A stretch of 64,000 nt of DNA from Gemmatimonadota bacterium (GCA_039587445.1 JBDHIM010000002.1:14456-78455), one strand, 5' to 3'. Positions 41,131 to 51,372 are shown, counted from the first letter of the stretch. Program-made: numbers and translations. Notes: generated by a model from the sequence alone, not told the origin.

Positions 41131-43710
41131 GTGACGGAACAAGGTCCTCGAAAGAACGATAACGACAGGCACCTGGTCGTCGTCGAGTCACCCGCCAAGG
41201 CTCGGACGCTGGGTCGCTATCTGGGCGATGGCTACAGGGTGGAGGCCACGGTCGGTCACGTGCGAGACCTACCGAAGAGCGGTCTCGGAGTGGACGTTGA
41301 GGCCGGCTTCGAGCCGGAGTACGTGACGATCGACGGCAAGGGTCCCGTCCTCAAGAAGCTGCGCGCGGCGGCGAAAGAGTCCGGCGACGTTCTCCTCGCC
41401 ACGGATCCGGACCGCGAGGGCGAGGCGATCGCGTTCCACATCGCAGAGCAGCTCGGCTACGAGAAGGATGGAGAGAGGTTCCGACGGGTCCGCTTCAACG
41501 AGATCACGCGACGGGCGGTGCTCGAGGCGGTGGAGCACGCGGGCACGTTGGACATGGGGCTCGTCGAGGCGCAGCAGGCACGTCGAATCCTGGACCGCCT
41601 GGTCGGCTTCAAGCTCTCGCCGCTTCTGTGGAAGAAGATCTCCGGCGGCCTCTCGGCGGGCCGCGTCCAGTCGGTGTCTGTCCGGCTTCTCGTCGAGAGA
41701 GAGCGCGAGCGTCGTGCCTTCCGCTCTGCCGAGTACTGGGATCTCCTGGCCCGCCTCGCGAGCGACGGTCGCGAGTTCAAGGCGATTCTGATCTCGGTTG
41801 CTGAGGACCGAATAGCCTCGGGCCGGGACTTCGATGAGACGACGGGCGAGCTGAAGACAGACCGCGAGGTTCGGCTCCTGGGTTCCGAGGAAGCCGGAGC
41901 GTTGCGCGACCGGCTGGCGGGGGCGCCGTTCCAGGTGCGTTCCGTCGAGCAGAAGACGTCGAAGCGCAGTCCCTATCCTCCCTTCACGACCTCGACGCTG
42001 CAGCAGGAGGCCAACCGAAAACTGAATCTCGGAGCCCGGCAAACGATGGGGGTCGCTCAGGCGCTCTACGAAGCCGGGCACATTACGTACATGCGCACGG
42101 ATTCCGTCCAACTTTCCAACGAGGCCGTGGACGCGATCAGACGGACGGTGAAGGAGCGGTACGGGGACCAGTTCCTGAGCGACAAGCCCCGACGCTACCG
42201 GACGAAGTCGAAGACGGCCCAGGAGGCGCACGAGGCGATCCGGCCGGCCGGCACGAGAATGAACACCGGGGAGGAGCTCGGCCTACACGGAAGAGAGAAG
42301 CAGCTCTACGAGCTCATCTGGAAAAGAGCCCTGGCTAGCCAGATGGCCGAAGCGCGGCAGCGGCATCTCACGGTCCTTATCGATGCGGACGGCGCCGTGT
42401 TCCGGGCCACCGGGAAGGTGCTCGAGTTCGCGGGCTTTTTCCGCGCGTACGTCGAGGGCTCCGACGATCCCCGCGCGGCGCTCGAGGACCAGGAGGTTCT
42501 CCTTCCCGCGCTGAACGAGGGTGACGTGCTGGAGCTGCGGGAGTTGGAGGCGCTCTCCCACCAGACGCGTCCTCCCGCACGCTACACGGAGGCGGCGCTC
42601 GTAAAGGCCCTCGAGGCGGAAGGCATCGGCCGTCCGAGCACGTATGCCGCGATCATCTCGACCATCCGGGATCGCGGATACGCACGTCGCGAGGCGAAAC
42701 AGCTGATCCCGACCTACACCGCGTTCGCGGTCACGCAGCTCTTGGAGGAGCACTTTCCCGACCTCGTGGATCTTGGTTTTACGGCCGGGATGGAGGATTC
42801 TCTCGACGAGATCGCGGAAGGCGAGATCGAGTGGCGGCGCTACCTGGAGAACTTCTACTCGGGAGAAGAAGGCTTCGAGGCGCGTGTCCGGGAACACGAG
42901 ACGCAGATCGATCCCCGCCAGGCCTCCACGCTCGAGCTCTCCGACCTCGGGGCGAAGGTGCGGATCGGCCGGTACGGTCCCTTCCTCGAGCTCCAGCGCG
43001 ACGGCGACCGACTGACCGCTTCGATCCCCGAGGAGATCGCGCCGGCGGACCTCTCCAACGAGGAGGCGGTTGCCCTGCTGGAGAAGAGCGCCGAGGGGCC
43101 TCTTGAGCTGGGAAAGGACCCGGACACGGGGAAGCTCGTCTACGTTCGTACGGGCCGGTTCGGACCCTATGTGCAGCTCGGCGACGAAGAGGGGGCGGCC
43201 GGCAAGGGGAAGAAGAAGGCGAAGCCCCCGCGGACCTCGCTGCCCAAGGGCATGGAGCCGGAAGAGGTGACGCTGGGGGTGGCGCTGAAGCTGCTCTCCA
43301 TGCCGTACGAGGTCGGGAAGCACCCGGAGACCGGCGAGCCGGTGAAGGTGGGGATCGGACGGTACGGACCCTACGTCGTGCACGAGGGGGAGTACCGGTC
43401 GCTCAAGAAGGATGACGATGTGCTGGATGTCTCGTTGGAGCGGTCGCTTGAGCTCCTGGCGGAGCCGAAGCGAAGCCGACGGCAGAGCGCGGCTTCGAAG
43501 CCGCTGAGGGAGTTGGGGCCTCATCCGGAGGATGGAAAGCCGGTCGCCGTGTACGATGGACGCTACGGGCCTTACGTGAAACACGACAAGACGAACGCCT
43601 CGGTCCCGAAGGGCGAGGAGATCGATTCGCTCTCCCTGGAGGCGGCGGTTGACCTGATCGCGAAGAAGAAGGCTCGCCCCAAGCGGGCCAGGAAGAAGCG
43701 GTCGGGCTGA
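41131..43710 (+). CDS. topA: DNA topoisomerase I, zinc-ribbon-less type with C-terminal GRYGP(F/Y) repeats and a basic tail
   Basis: TOPRIM domain (LVVVESPAKA...DPDREGE). Catalytic region (HITYMRTDS). Four Topo_C-type repeats (GRYGPFLEL, GRFGPYVQL, GRYGPYVVH, GRYGPYVKH). Tail KKKARPKRARKKRSG. Confidence 0.92.
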   Translation: MTEQGPRKNDNDRHLVVVESPAKARTLGRYLGDGYRVEATVGHVRDLPKSGLGVDVEAGFEPEYVTIDGKGPVLKKLRAAAKESGDVLLATDPDREGEAIAFHIAEQLGYEKDGERFRRVRFNEITRRAVLEAVEHAGTLDMGLVEAQQARRILDRLVGFKLSPLLWKKISGGLSAGRVQSVSVRLLVERERERRAFRSAEYWDLLARLASDGREFKAILISVAEDRIASGRDFDETTGELKTDREVRLLGSEEAGALRDRLAGAPFQVRSVEQKTSKRSPYPPFTTSTLQQEANRKLNLGARQTMGVAQALYEAGHITYMRTDSVQLSNEAVDAIRRTVKERYGDQFLSDKPRRYRTKSKTAQEAHEAIRPAGTRMNTGEELGLHGREKQLYELIWKRALASQMAEARQRHLTVLIDADGAVFRATGKVLEFAGFFRAYVEGSDDPRAALEDQEVLLPALNEGDVLELRELEALSHQTRPPARYTEAALVKALEAEGIGRPSTYAAIISTIRDRGYARREAKQLIPTYTAFAVTQLLEEHFPDLVDLGFTAGMEDSLDEIAEGEIEWRRYLENFYSGEEGFEARVREHETQIDPRQASTLELSDLGAKVRIGRYGPFLELQRDGDRLTASIPEEIAPADLSNEEAVALLEKSAEGPLELGKDPDTGKLVYVRTGRFGPYVQLGDEEGAAGKGKKKAKPPRTSLPKGMEPEEVTLGVALKLLSMPYEVGKHPETGEPVKVGIGRYGPYVVHEGEYRSLKKDDDVLDVSLERSLELLAEPKRSRRQSAASKPLRELGPHPEDGKPVAVYDGRYGPYVKHDKTNASVPKGEEIDSLSLEAAVDLIAKKKARPKRARKKRSG

Positions 43711-43733
43711 TCGGCACCGAAGCCGGCGCGGTC

Positions 43734-44687
43734 ATGACTGAAGCAGTTGACGACTTCCTGCGATACGCCAAAGCCGAACGCGGGCTCTCGGCTCACACAG
43801 TGGCGGCGTATCGCCGCGATCTGGGAGAGTTCGTCGGTTTCCTGCAGGGCTACCTGGCCGCCCCGGACTGGAGCTGGGAGACCATCGACCGGACGGCCAT
43901 CCGTTCCTTTCTCGGATCGCTTCAGAAACGGGGCCTGCAGCGCACGACGATCGCCCGCAAGCTCTCCGCCACACGGGTTTTCTTCCGCTTCCTCCACCGG
44001 ACGGACCGCATCCCGCAAAACCCGGCTCGTCTCGTAAGGGCGCCAAAGCGAAGCCGCAAGCTGCCCGCCTACCTGAGCCAGGTGCAGGCGGACGACCTTT
44101 TTGTGATGCTCAGGGCACACGCCGAGCATGACGGCGGCTTCCTCTCCGTCCGAAACCGGGCTCTCATGGAGCTGCTCTATTCGGCCGGCCTTCGCCTGGC
44201 GGAAGTGGAGGCGCTCGACCTCCAGGGCATCGACCTCCGGAGCATGCAGGTGCGTGTGCTCGGGAAGGGCAGAAAGGAACGAATCATCCCCTTTGGCGGT
44301 CCGGCGGCCACGGCGATCGAGGCCTACCTTCCCGAGCGGCGACGCCTCGTGGAGTCCAAGCGCAGGGAAGAGGCGAAGAGATCCGGCTCGAGGCCGCGGC
44401 CAACACTCGAGGCTCCGCTGTTCGTTTCGCGTCATGGCCGACGGCTCTCGCGCCGTCAGATCCAGCGCACGGTCGGAAAGACGCTCGAGAAGGTCGCGAT
44501 CGGCGAGGGGCTCTCGGTGCATGCGCTGCGCCACTCCTTCGCCACGCACCTGATGGACAACGGGGCGGACCTGGTGGCGGTGAAGGAACTGCTGGGGCAT
44601 TCCAGCCTTTCAACGACGCGGATCTACACGCACACTTCCACCGAGAAGCTGAGGCGCGTCTACCGGCAGTCGCATCCGCGTGCCTAG
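43734..44687 (+). CDS. xerC: Tyrosine recombinase XerC/CodV-type
   Basis: The R...HxxR...Y catalytic pattern is present (ALRHSFATHL, LGHSSLSTTRIYTH). It lies directly upstream of hslVU, a conserved housekeeping synteny. Confidence 0.85.
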   Translation: MTEAVDDFLRYAKAERGLSAHTVAAYRRDLGEFVGFLQGYLAAPDWSWETIDRTAIRSFLGSLQKRGLQRTTIARKLSATRVFFRFLHRTDRIPQNPARLVRAPKRSRKLPAYLSQVQADDLFVMLRAHAEHDGGFLSVRNRALMELLYSAGLRLAEVEALDLQGIDLRSMQVRVLGKGRKERIIPFGGPAATAIEAYLPERRRLVESKRREEAKRSGSRPRPTLEAPLFVSRHGRRLSRRQIQRTVGKTLEKVAIGEGLSVHALRHSFATHLMDNGADLVAVKELLGHSSLSTTRIYTHTSTEKLRRVYRQSHPRA

Positions 44688-44714
44688 CAGAGCGAAGCCA
44701 ACGACCATGCAATC

Positions 44715-45269
44715 ATGAAGACCGACAGCGTATTCCGAGGGACGACCGTCGTCTGCATCAGATGGGACGGGCGCGTAGCCATCGGCAGCGATGGCCAGGT
44801 GACGATGAACGACACCGTCGTGAAAGCGCAGGCCGAGAAAGTCCGGACGATGATGGACGGGAAGATCCTGGCCGGCTTCGCGGGCAGCGTAGCGGATGCC
44901 CTCACCCTGTTCGAGAAGTTCGAGGCGAGGCTGGAGCGGCATCCCGGCAACCTGGCGCGCGCAGCGGTGGAGCTGGCCAAGGAGTGGAGGAGCGACCGAT
45001 ACCTTCGACGACTCGAGGCGCTGTTGGCGGTCGCCGACAGCGACCAGAGCCTGCTGATTGCCGGAAGCGGCGAGGTGATCGAGCCGGACGACGGAATCCT
45101 GGCCCTGGGCTCAGGGGGCGCGTATGCGCTCGCGGCCGCAAGAGCGCTCATGCAGCACGCATCGCTTGGAGCGGCGGAGATGGTGCGCGCTTCCCTGCAG
45201 ATCGCCGGGGAGATCTGCGTGTATTCAAACACCGAGATCACCGTTCTGGAATTGGAAGAGAAGAGTTGA
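44715..45269 (+). CDS. hslV: HslV peptidase subunit
   Basis: [22 protein letters not shown] and [14 protein letters not shown]. Nine residues precede the catalytic Thr-Thr, so there is either a short propeptide or a start-site uncertainty. Confidence 0.9.
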   Translation: MKTDSVFRGTTVVCIRWDGRVAIGSDGQVTMNDTVVKAQAEKVRTMMDGKILAGFAGSVADALTLFEKFEARLERHPGNLARAAVELAKEWRSDRYLRRLEALLAVADSDQSLLIAGSGEVIEPDDGILALGSGGAYALAAARALMQHASLGAAEMVRASLQIAGEICVYSNTEITVLELEEKS

Positions 45270-45279
45270 GGGAATAGTC

Positions 45280-46809
45280 GTGGAAGTTCCGATCTCCGAG
45301 CTCCAGCTTGACGAAGAGGCGTCCCAGGCGATCGTTCCCGGCCCGGACTCCGCGGACGAGGGCGCCATCGCCACCGACGACGGTCCGGCCGCCACAGATC
45401 CGGCGTCGCTCACACCCAGGCAGATCGTCGCCGAGCTGGATCGATATATCATCGGCCAGAGTGCTGCGAAGAAGTCCGTGGCGATCGCGCTGCGAAACCG
45501 ATGGCGTCGGCAGCAGGTGGGGGACGAGCTTCGCGACGAGATCCTCCCGAACAACATCATCATGATCGGGCCGACCGGGGTCGGGAAGACGGAGATCGCC
45601 CGTCGCCTGGCCCGTCTGGCAGGCGCCCCCTTCGTCAAGGTCGAGGCCTCCAAGTTCACGGAGGTCGGGTACGTCGGCCGTGACGTGGAGTCGATGGTTC
45701 GTGATCTCGTGGAGATCTCGATCAACATGGTGAGGGGCGAGCGGGAAGACGAGCAGCGCGAGACTGCCGCGCGGCGGGTCGAGGAGCGGCTCCTGGACCT
45801 GCTTCTTCCACCCGCCGCCGACGCCCGCAGCGATCAGCCGGCCGCTGAAGACAGCGGCCACAGGCACTTCCTGGTCGGAAGCAGCGGGATCGCGGAAGAG
45901 GAGGCCGAAGACGAGCTGGCGGCACGTCGGCGCCGTACGCGCGAAAAGCTCCTCGGTTTGCTGCAGGACGGGAAGCTGGAGGAGCGGGAGGTGGAGGTGG
46001 AGGTCACCGACACCGCGATGCCCGTACTGGATCTCCAGGCGCCGGGCATGGATAGCCTCGACTGGAACATCGGCGAGTTGCTCCAGGACATGATGCCGAA
46101 GAAGACCCGGCGTCGCCGGATGAGCGTTGCCGAAGCGCGACGAGTCCTCTTCTCCGAGGAGCTGGACAAGCTCATCGACATGGAGGAGGTGATCGACGAC
46201 GCGCTCGACCGTGTCGAGAACATGGGCATCATCTTCCTCGATGAGCTCGACAAGATAGCCGGCGAGCGGGGCGGCGTAGGGCCGGATGTCTCTCGCGAAG
46301 GCGTACAGCGAGACCTGCTTCCCCTCGTCGAGGGGTCCACCGTGCAGACGCGCTACGGCATGGTGGCCACCGATCACGTGCTCTTCATCGCCGCGGGGGC
46401 CTTCCACGTCGCCAAACCCTCGGATCTCATTCCCGAGATGCAGGGTCGGTTCCCGATCCGGGTCGAGCTGAGAAGCCTCACCGAAGAGGACTTCGTCCGC
46501 ATTCTGACGGAGCCTCGAAACGCGCTGCTCACGCAGTACAGCGCGCTGGTCGCCACGGAGGACCTGCAGCTCGAGTTCACGGAAGAGGCGATCCGCGAGA
46601 TCGCGCGCATCTCGTCGGAGGTGAACCAGCGCACCGAGAACATCGGCGCTCGGCGCCTCCAGACCGTGCTGACGACGCTCCTGGAGGACGTGATGTTCGA
46701 TCTTCCGGATTCCCGCGCTGGCGGGACGCTCACGATTGACGCCGAGTTCGTTCGGGAGAGACTGGCCGAAATCGCCGAAGACGAGGACCTCCGCCGCTAC
46801 ATCCTCTAG
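45280..46809 (+). CDS. hslU: HslU AAA+ unfoldase
   Basis: GTG at 45280 follows [23 protein letters not shown], Walker [24 protein letters not shown], and the C-terminal DEDLRRYIL. Confidence 0.9.
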   Translation: MEVPISELQLDEEASQAIVPGPDSADEGAIATDDGPAATDPASLTPRQIVAELDRYIIGQSAAKKSVAIALRNRWRRQQVGDELRDEILPNNIIMIGPTGVGKTEIARRLARLAGAPFVKVEASKFTEVGYVGRDVESMVRDLVEISINMVRGEREDEQRETAARRVEERLLDLLLPPAADARSDQPAAEDSGHRHFLVGSSGIAEEEAEDELAARRRRTREKLLGLLQDGKLEEREVEVEVTDTAMPVLDLQAPGMDSLDWNIGELLQDMMPKKTRRRRMSVAEARRVLFSEELDKLIDMEEVIDDALDRVENMGIIFLDELDKIAGERGGVGPDVSREGVQRDLLPLVEGSTVQTRYGMVATDHVLFIAAGAFHVAKPSDLIPEMQGRFPIRVELRSLTEEDFVRILTEPRNALLTQYSALVATEDLQLEFTEEAIREIARISSEVNQRTENIGARRLQTVLTTLLEDVMFDLPDSRAGGTLTIDAEFVRERLAEIAEDEDLRRYIL

Positions 46810-47096
46810 CTCGCGCCCGCTCGCACCATCGTCAACCGGCCTCTCCGGAGCTGGGATTCTCCCTCAGCCCACGACATCGGTGGGTGAGTCCAGCAGGGTG
46901 TAGGTCCCGATCGCGATCAGAAGCACCGGGATCAGATAGGCCCCCCTCGGCGCAGGACGCGAGCGACTTTCTGCTTCTCTTGACGGGCCTGCCAGTTTTG
47001 CATACCAGACGCTCCGGGGGGGAGTGGGGGCGGCGTGGTGGCCCGCCAGCGGGAATCGACGAAACAGAGAGCCGAAGATGGCGAGGAGGGAGCCGG

Positions 47097-48041
47097 GTGA
47101 CGGGAGGTCGTGAAGCACATTTTCTGTCGATCGCTGATTGGTCGCGGGACTCGTTGGAGTCGATCGCTGATTGGTCGCGGGACTCGTTGGAGCGGCTCCT
47201 GGATCTGGCGGACGCGGTCAAAGCGGGTCGGTCGGGGGAGGACCGCCCGCTGGGCGGCCGGACGCTCGGGATGTTGTTCGCAAAGAGCTCGACCCGGACG
47301 CGCGTCTCGTTCGAGGTCGGGATGTACCAACTCGGCGGACATGCTCTATTCCTGTCTTCTGCGGACATCCAGCTGGGGCGAGGCGAGACGATCTCCGACA
47401 CCGCTCGCGTCCTCTCCAGATACCTGGATGCCGTGATGATCCGCACCTTCGCCCAGAGCGACGTCGTCGACTTCGCCGAGACCGGCTCGCTGCCCGTCAT
47501 CAACGGACTCACCGATCGCTATCACCCTTGTCAGGTCATGTCGGACCTGATGACGGTTCGCGAGGAGTTCGGGACGCTCGAGAATCTGATCGTCGCGTGG
47601 ATCGGAGACGGCAACAACATGGCCAATTCTTGGCTCAACGCCGCAGCACGCTTCGGCTTCGAGCTTCGCCTGGCATCGCCCGAGGGATACGACCCGAACG
47701 CGGACGACCTCGAGCGAGCGTCGGAGGCCACGGCCGTCACGTTGCTGCGCGAGCCTCAGGACGCCGCACGCGGCGCCCACGTCGTGACGACGGATGTGTG
47801 GGCGTCCATGGGACAGGAAGAGGAGGCGGAGCGCCGCCGCAGGGCGTTCCGGGGTTACTGTGTCGATTCGGACCTCATGGCCGTCTCGGACGACGCGATC
47901 TTCCTTCATTGTCTTCCGGCTCACCGGGGCGAGGAGGTCACGGACGAGGTGATGGACGGCCCGCGATCGCGCGTCTGGGACGAGGCCGAGAACCGCCTGC
48001 ACCTCCAGAAGGCCCTGCTGCTGGCGCTCATGGCGGACTGA
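47097..48041 (+). CDS. argF: Ornithine carbamoyltransferase
   Basis: GTG at 47097 lies 7 nt after AGGAGG (47084-47089). STRTR motif (FAKSSTRTRVSFE), HPCQ, and HCLPAHRGEEV. Confidence 0.9.
   Translation: MTGGREAHFLSIADWSRDSLESIADWSRDSLERLLDLADAVKAGRSGEDRPLGGRTLGMLFAKSSTRTRVSFEVGMYQLGGHALFLSSADIQLGRGETISDTARVLSRYLDAVMIRTFAQSDVVDFAETGSLPVINGLTDRYHPCQVMSDLMTVREEFGTLENLIVAWIGDGNNMANSWLNAAARFGFELRLASPEGYDPNADDLERASEATAVTLLREPQDAARGAHVVTTDVWASMGQEEEAERRRRAFRGYCVDSDLMAVSDDAIFLHCLPAHRGEEVTDEVMDGPRSRVWDEAENRLHLQKALLLALMAD
47127..47192 (+). repeat. Perfect 33-bp tandem duplication inside the argF N-terminus
   Basis: 47127-47159 and 47160-47192 are identical (TCGATCGCTGATTGGTCGCGGGACTCGTTGGAG), encoding SIADWSRDSLE twice. 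Confidence 0.97.
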
Positions 48042-48090
48042 CCGACACCGGAGAGACGCGGAATAGCGGAAAGAGAGAAGGAAAGGCAGC

Positions 48091-49200
48091 ATGGCCGAGA
48101 GATCGGATCTCAAGACGACGCCGCTCCACGAGGAGCACGTGCGTCTGAACGCGAAGCTTGTCCCGTTCGGAGGCTACGCGATGCCCGTGCAGTACCCATC
48201 GGGCATTCGCGCGGAGCACGAGGCGGTCCGTGCCGGGGTCGGGCTCTTCGACGTGTCCCACATGGGCGAGTTTCTGGTCACCGGCCCTCAGGCCGTCGAC
48301 CTGGTGTCGTACGTTACGACGAACGACCCTGAACAGCTGGTGGTCGGGCAGGCTCAGTACAGCGCCATGTGCTTGGAGAGCGGCGGAGTCGTGGATGATC
48401 TCATCGTCTACCGAATGGGAGATGACACCTTCCGGCTCGTCGTGAACGCCGCGAACATCGCGAAGGATTGGCAGCACATCTCCGCATACCAGGACCGGTT
48501 CGAAGCGGATCTGCGCGACGAGAGCGACGAGATCGCGCTGATCGCGATCCAGGGCCCTACCGCACAGGCGGTCCTGGCCGGCTTGACCGACGCTGACCTG
48601 GACGCGATCGGCTTCTACTGGTTCGCGGAAGGAGAGGTTGTCGGGACGCCGGCCGTGATCAGTCGCACCGGCTATACGGGTGAAGACGGCTTCGAGCTCT
48701 ACCTCGATGCCGGCGACGCGACGCGGGTCTGGCGGGCGCTCCTGGACCGCGAGACGGAGGTCACACCAGCCGGTCTCGGGGCCCGCGACACGCTCCGCCT
48801 CGAGGTCGGCTACGCCTTGTACGGAAACGATATCGACGAGGAGACGACGCCGCTCGAAGCTCGGCTGGGCTGGCTCGTGAAGATGGATAAGGGAGAGTTC
48901 GTCGGCCGGGCTGCGCTCGAGGCGCAGAAGGCCGAGGGCGTGTCTCGGCGATTGACCGGCATCCGACTCACCGAGCGGGGCTTTCCGCGGCCGGGGCACG
49001 AGGTGGTCTATGGCGGCCGTTCGGCCGGACCCGTTCGGAGCGGCACGGTGGGTCCGTCGCTCGGGTACGGGATCGCCACTGCCTACCTGCCGCGGGCAGC
49101 CGATTCGGGAGAGCCTGCCGCGGTCGTGATCCGTGAGAAGAAGGTCGCCGCAGAGGTGACGCGGATGCCCTTTTACACGGAAGGGTCTCTGCGGCGATGA
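48091..49200 (+). CDS. gcvT: Glycine cleavage system aminomethyltransferase (T protein)
   Basis: [35 protein letters not shown], and [13 protein letters not shown]. Confidence 0.9.
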   Translation: MAERSDLKTTPLHEEHVRLNAKLVPFGGYAMPVQYPSGIRAEHEAVRAGVGLFDVSHMGEFLVTGPQAVDLVSYVTTNDPEQLVVGQAQYSAMCLESGGVVDDLIVYRMGDDTFRLVVNAANIAKDWQHISAYQDRFEADLRDESDEIALIAIQGPTAQAVLAGLTDADLDAIGFYWFAEGEVVGTPAVISRTGYTGEDGFELYLDAGDATRVWRALLDRETEVTPAGLGARDTLRLEVGYALYGNDIDEETTPLEARLGWLVKMDKGEFVGRAALEAQKAEGVSRRLTGIRLTERGFPRPGHEVVYGGRSAGPVRSGTVGPSLGYGIATAYLPRAADSGEPAAVVIREKKVAAEVTRMPFYTEGSLRR

Positions 49201-49228
49201 GGGGCGCCGTAGGGATCGCGGCCCGCCG

Positions 49229-49759
49229 ATGAGCTCCCCACCGATCCGGGAGGGTGCGACGGTAAGAGTCGCCATACTCACGATCTCGGATGGCGTGAGC
49301 GAAGGCTGGCGGGAGGACACTTCCGGCGATCGAATCGATGCCTGGGCACGGGAACGCGGATACGCGCTGGCGGACCGCCGGATCGTCCCGGATGAAGCGC
49401 CGGTGATCGAAGCGACGCTGCGGGAGTGGTCGGACCAGGGCGCCGCCGACATCGTCGTCACCACGGGAGGCACCGGGATCGCAGGCAGAGACGTGACCCC
49501 CGAGGCGACGGCGGCCGTGCTGCAGCGGCCGGTCCCCGGAATCGCCGAGTGGATCCGGGCCGCGGGTCTGGAGAAGACGCCGTACGCTGCGCTCAGCCGG
49601 GGCTTGGCCGGCATTCGGATGCGCACCCTCATCGTCAATCTGCCCGGAAGTCCATCGGGCGTTGCGGATGGTCTGTCGGTCCTCTCGGACGTCGTCGACC
49701 ATGCCGCGGAGCTCCTGCGAGGCGAAGCCTGTCACGGTCCGGAGGCCGAAGGGGAGTAG
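49229..49759 (+). CDS. mogA: MogA/MoaB-family molybdopterin adenylyltransferase
   Basis: VAILTISDG..., and IVVTTGGTGIAGRDVTPEA (the TTGGTG motif). Confidence 0.8.
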   Translation: MSSPPIREGATVRVAILTISDGVSEGWREDTSGDRIDAWARERGYALADRRIVPDEAPVIEATLREWSDQGAADIVVTTGGTGIAGRDVTPEATAAVLQRPVPGIAEWIRAAGLEKTPYAALSRGLAGIRMRTLIVNLPGSPSGVADGLSVLSDVVDHAAELLRGEACHGPEAEGE

Positions 49760-51364
49760 ATGGCGCTCGTCTTCATCGACACGGCGAAGCTGGAAGCCGC
49801 GGTACCGATCCGTGAAGCGGCGCTCGCCGACGGACACGACGTGCTCATGGTCGAGCAGGCGGCCGAGATCGAGGGCCGCTCCGACAAGGCGGATGTCGCG
49901 CTGATCCTGACCCGCGATCCGGATAGTCCCGGGGCGGAGAAGATGCGGATGCTGATGGATGCCCGCATCCCTCGCCCGCCGATCATCGCTCTCGAATCCT
50001 CGGAAACGGATGGCTGCGCGCGGCTGCGGGAGACGCTGAGTGTCGATGCTTGTCTCCCAGAGCTTCCGACGGCCGAAGAGGTGCAGGTCGTCCTGACCCA
50101 GGAGCTGGAGAGGTACGAGCTCCAGCTGGAGACAGGAATCGTAGGCCGCACGGACGGGATCCGGGCGGTGTTGGAGAAGGTGAACCTGATCGCTCCCGTC
50201 GGCTCCACCGTCCTTCTCACCGGCGAGAGCGGGACCGGGAAGGAGCTCGTGGCGCGTGCGATTCACGGGCTGTCGCCTCGCCGAGCAAAGCCGTTCATCG
50301 CGGTCAACTGCGCCGCGCTTCCAGAGTCGTTGCTCGAGTCCGAGCTGTTCGGTCACGAGAAGGGAGCGTTCACCGGCGCGACCTCGTTGCGGCGCGGCAT
50401 GTTCGAGCTCGCCGACACCGGAAGCTTCTTGCTGGATGAAATCGCCGAGATGCCTCCCGCCACGCAGACTCGGTTATTACGTGTCCTCGAGTCCCGCCGG
50501 TTCATGCGGGTGGGTGGAAGCTCGGAGATCGAGGTGAACGTGAGGGTGATCGCTGCCACGAACCGCGATCTTCAAGAAGCCGTTCAGATGGGCCAGTTTC
50601 GTCGCGACCTCTTTTACCGGCTGAACGTCCTCGAAATAGAGCTTCCCCCGCTTCGTACGCGTCGCGCCGACATCCCCATCCTTACTCAGCGCTTCATTCG
50701 CCAGCTGAGCCAGCAGCACGATCGAGAGTTCAAGGGATTGGCCCCGGAAGCGATGAGCATCCTCATGCGCTACGACTGGCCCGGAAACATCCGCGAGCTT
50801 CGGAATCTCATCGAGTCGATGGTGGTCCTGGCTCCCGGATCGGTGATTCGGGCCGAGGACATCCCCGACGAGATCCGGACCGGAAGCGGCGGAGCCCTGC
50901 TGCTCGCGCAGCCTTCCGGCCTGCCGGTGCCGGCGCTGGCCGGCGATGTCTCCATCCCGCAGATGGAGTTCGTCTTCCGCACTCTCGTCGAGCTGAAGAT
51001 GGATGTGGATGACCTGAGGCGTGAGTTCGATCGATATCGGGCCGAGCACCCCGAGCTGCTCGAGGAGGGCGCCGAATTGCCGGGCACGGGCATCGAGGTA
51101 CCGCTGCACGAGGAAGCCGACCTGCAGGACACAGCCGTGCTCCCGGGCGGGGTCGCCTTCCCCTTGGCCGAAGGAGAGGTGAGCCTGGATGAGCGACCCG
51201 GTATCCGGTTCTACCCCGGCATGAGCATGTCCGAGCTGGAGCGCGAAGCGATCGTCGCCACTTTGAGGAGCGTCGGCGGCAACCGACGGAGGGCCGCGGA
51301 ACAGCTGCAGATCGGGGAGCGCACTCTGTATCGAAAGCTCAAAGAGTACGAGATCGATCTGTAA
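49760..51364 (+). CDS. Sigma-54-dependent transcriptional activator with a degenerate receiver-like N-terminal domain
   Basis: AAA+ domain (GESGTGKELVARAIH, EKGAFTGA, ESELFGH). C-terminal Fis HTH (RAAEQLQIGERTLYRKLK). The N-terminal ~125 aa look REC-like but lack the usual acidic pocket and Lys. Confidence 0.85.
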   Translation: MALVFIDTAKLEAAVPIREAALADGHDVLMVEQAAEIEGRSDKADVALILTRDPDSPGAEKMRMLMDARIPRPPIIALESSETDGCARLRETLSVDACLPELPTAEEVQVVLTQELERYELQLETGIVGRTDGIRAVLEKVNLIAPVGSTVLLTGESGTGKELVARAIHGLSPRRAKPFIAVNCAALPESLLESELFGHEKGAFTGATSLRRGMFELADTGSFLLDEIAEMPPATQTRLLRVLESRRFMRVGGSSEIEVNVRVIAATNRDLQEAVQMGQFRRDLFYRLNVLEIELPPLRTRRADIPILTQRFIRQLSQQHDREFKGLAPEAMSILMRYDWPGNIRELRNLIESMVVLAPGSVIRAEDIPDEIRTGSGGALLLAQPSGLPVPALAGDVSIPQMEFVFRTLVELKMDVDDLRREFDRYRAEHPELLEEGAELPGTGIEVPLHEEADLQDTAVLPGGVAFPLAEGEVSLDERPGIRFYPGMSMSELEREAIVATLRSVGGNRRRAAEQLQIGERTLYRKLKEYEIDL

Positions 51365-51372
51365 GGCTGCAC

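Noticed and set aside
43734-44687. A tyrosine recombinase as a possible marker of an integrated mobile element
   Set aside because: It sits in the conserved housekeeping arrangement topA ... xerC(codV)-hslV-hslU. I saw no flanking direct repeats, no tRNA junction and no cargo genes. I interpret it as the chromosome-dimer-resolution recombinase.
46864-47118. 84-aa minus-strand ORF with a C-terminal hydrophobic stretch, in the hslU-argF gap
   Set aside because: It would overlap the argF RBS and start. It has no RBS or recognisable family, and most of it is Pro/Arg/Ser-rich. The gap is more simply the argF promoter region.
48042-48090. Glycine riboswitch upstream of gcvT
   Set aside because: Only 49 nt of purine-rich spacer separate argF and gcvT, which is too short for a glycine aptamer.
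48028-49638. 536-aa minus-strand ORF
   Set aside because: It is antisense to gcvT and mogA, both of which have strong family motifs. Its composition is Arg/Pro/Ser-rich.
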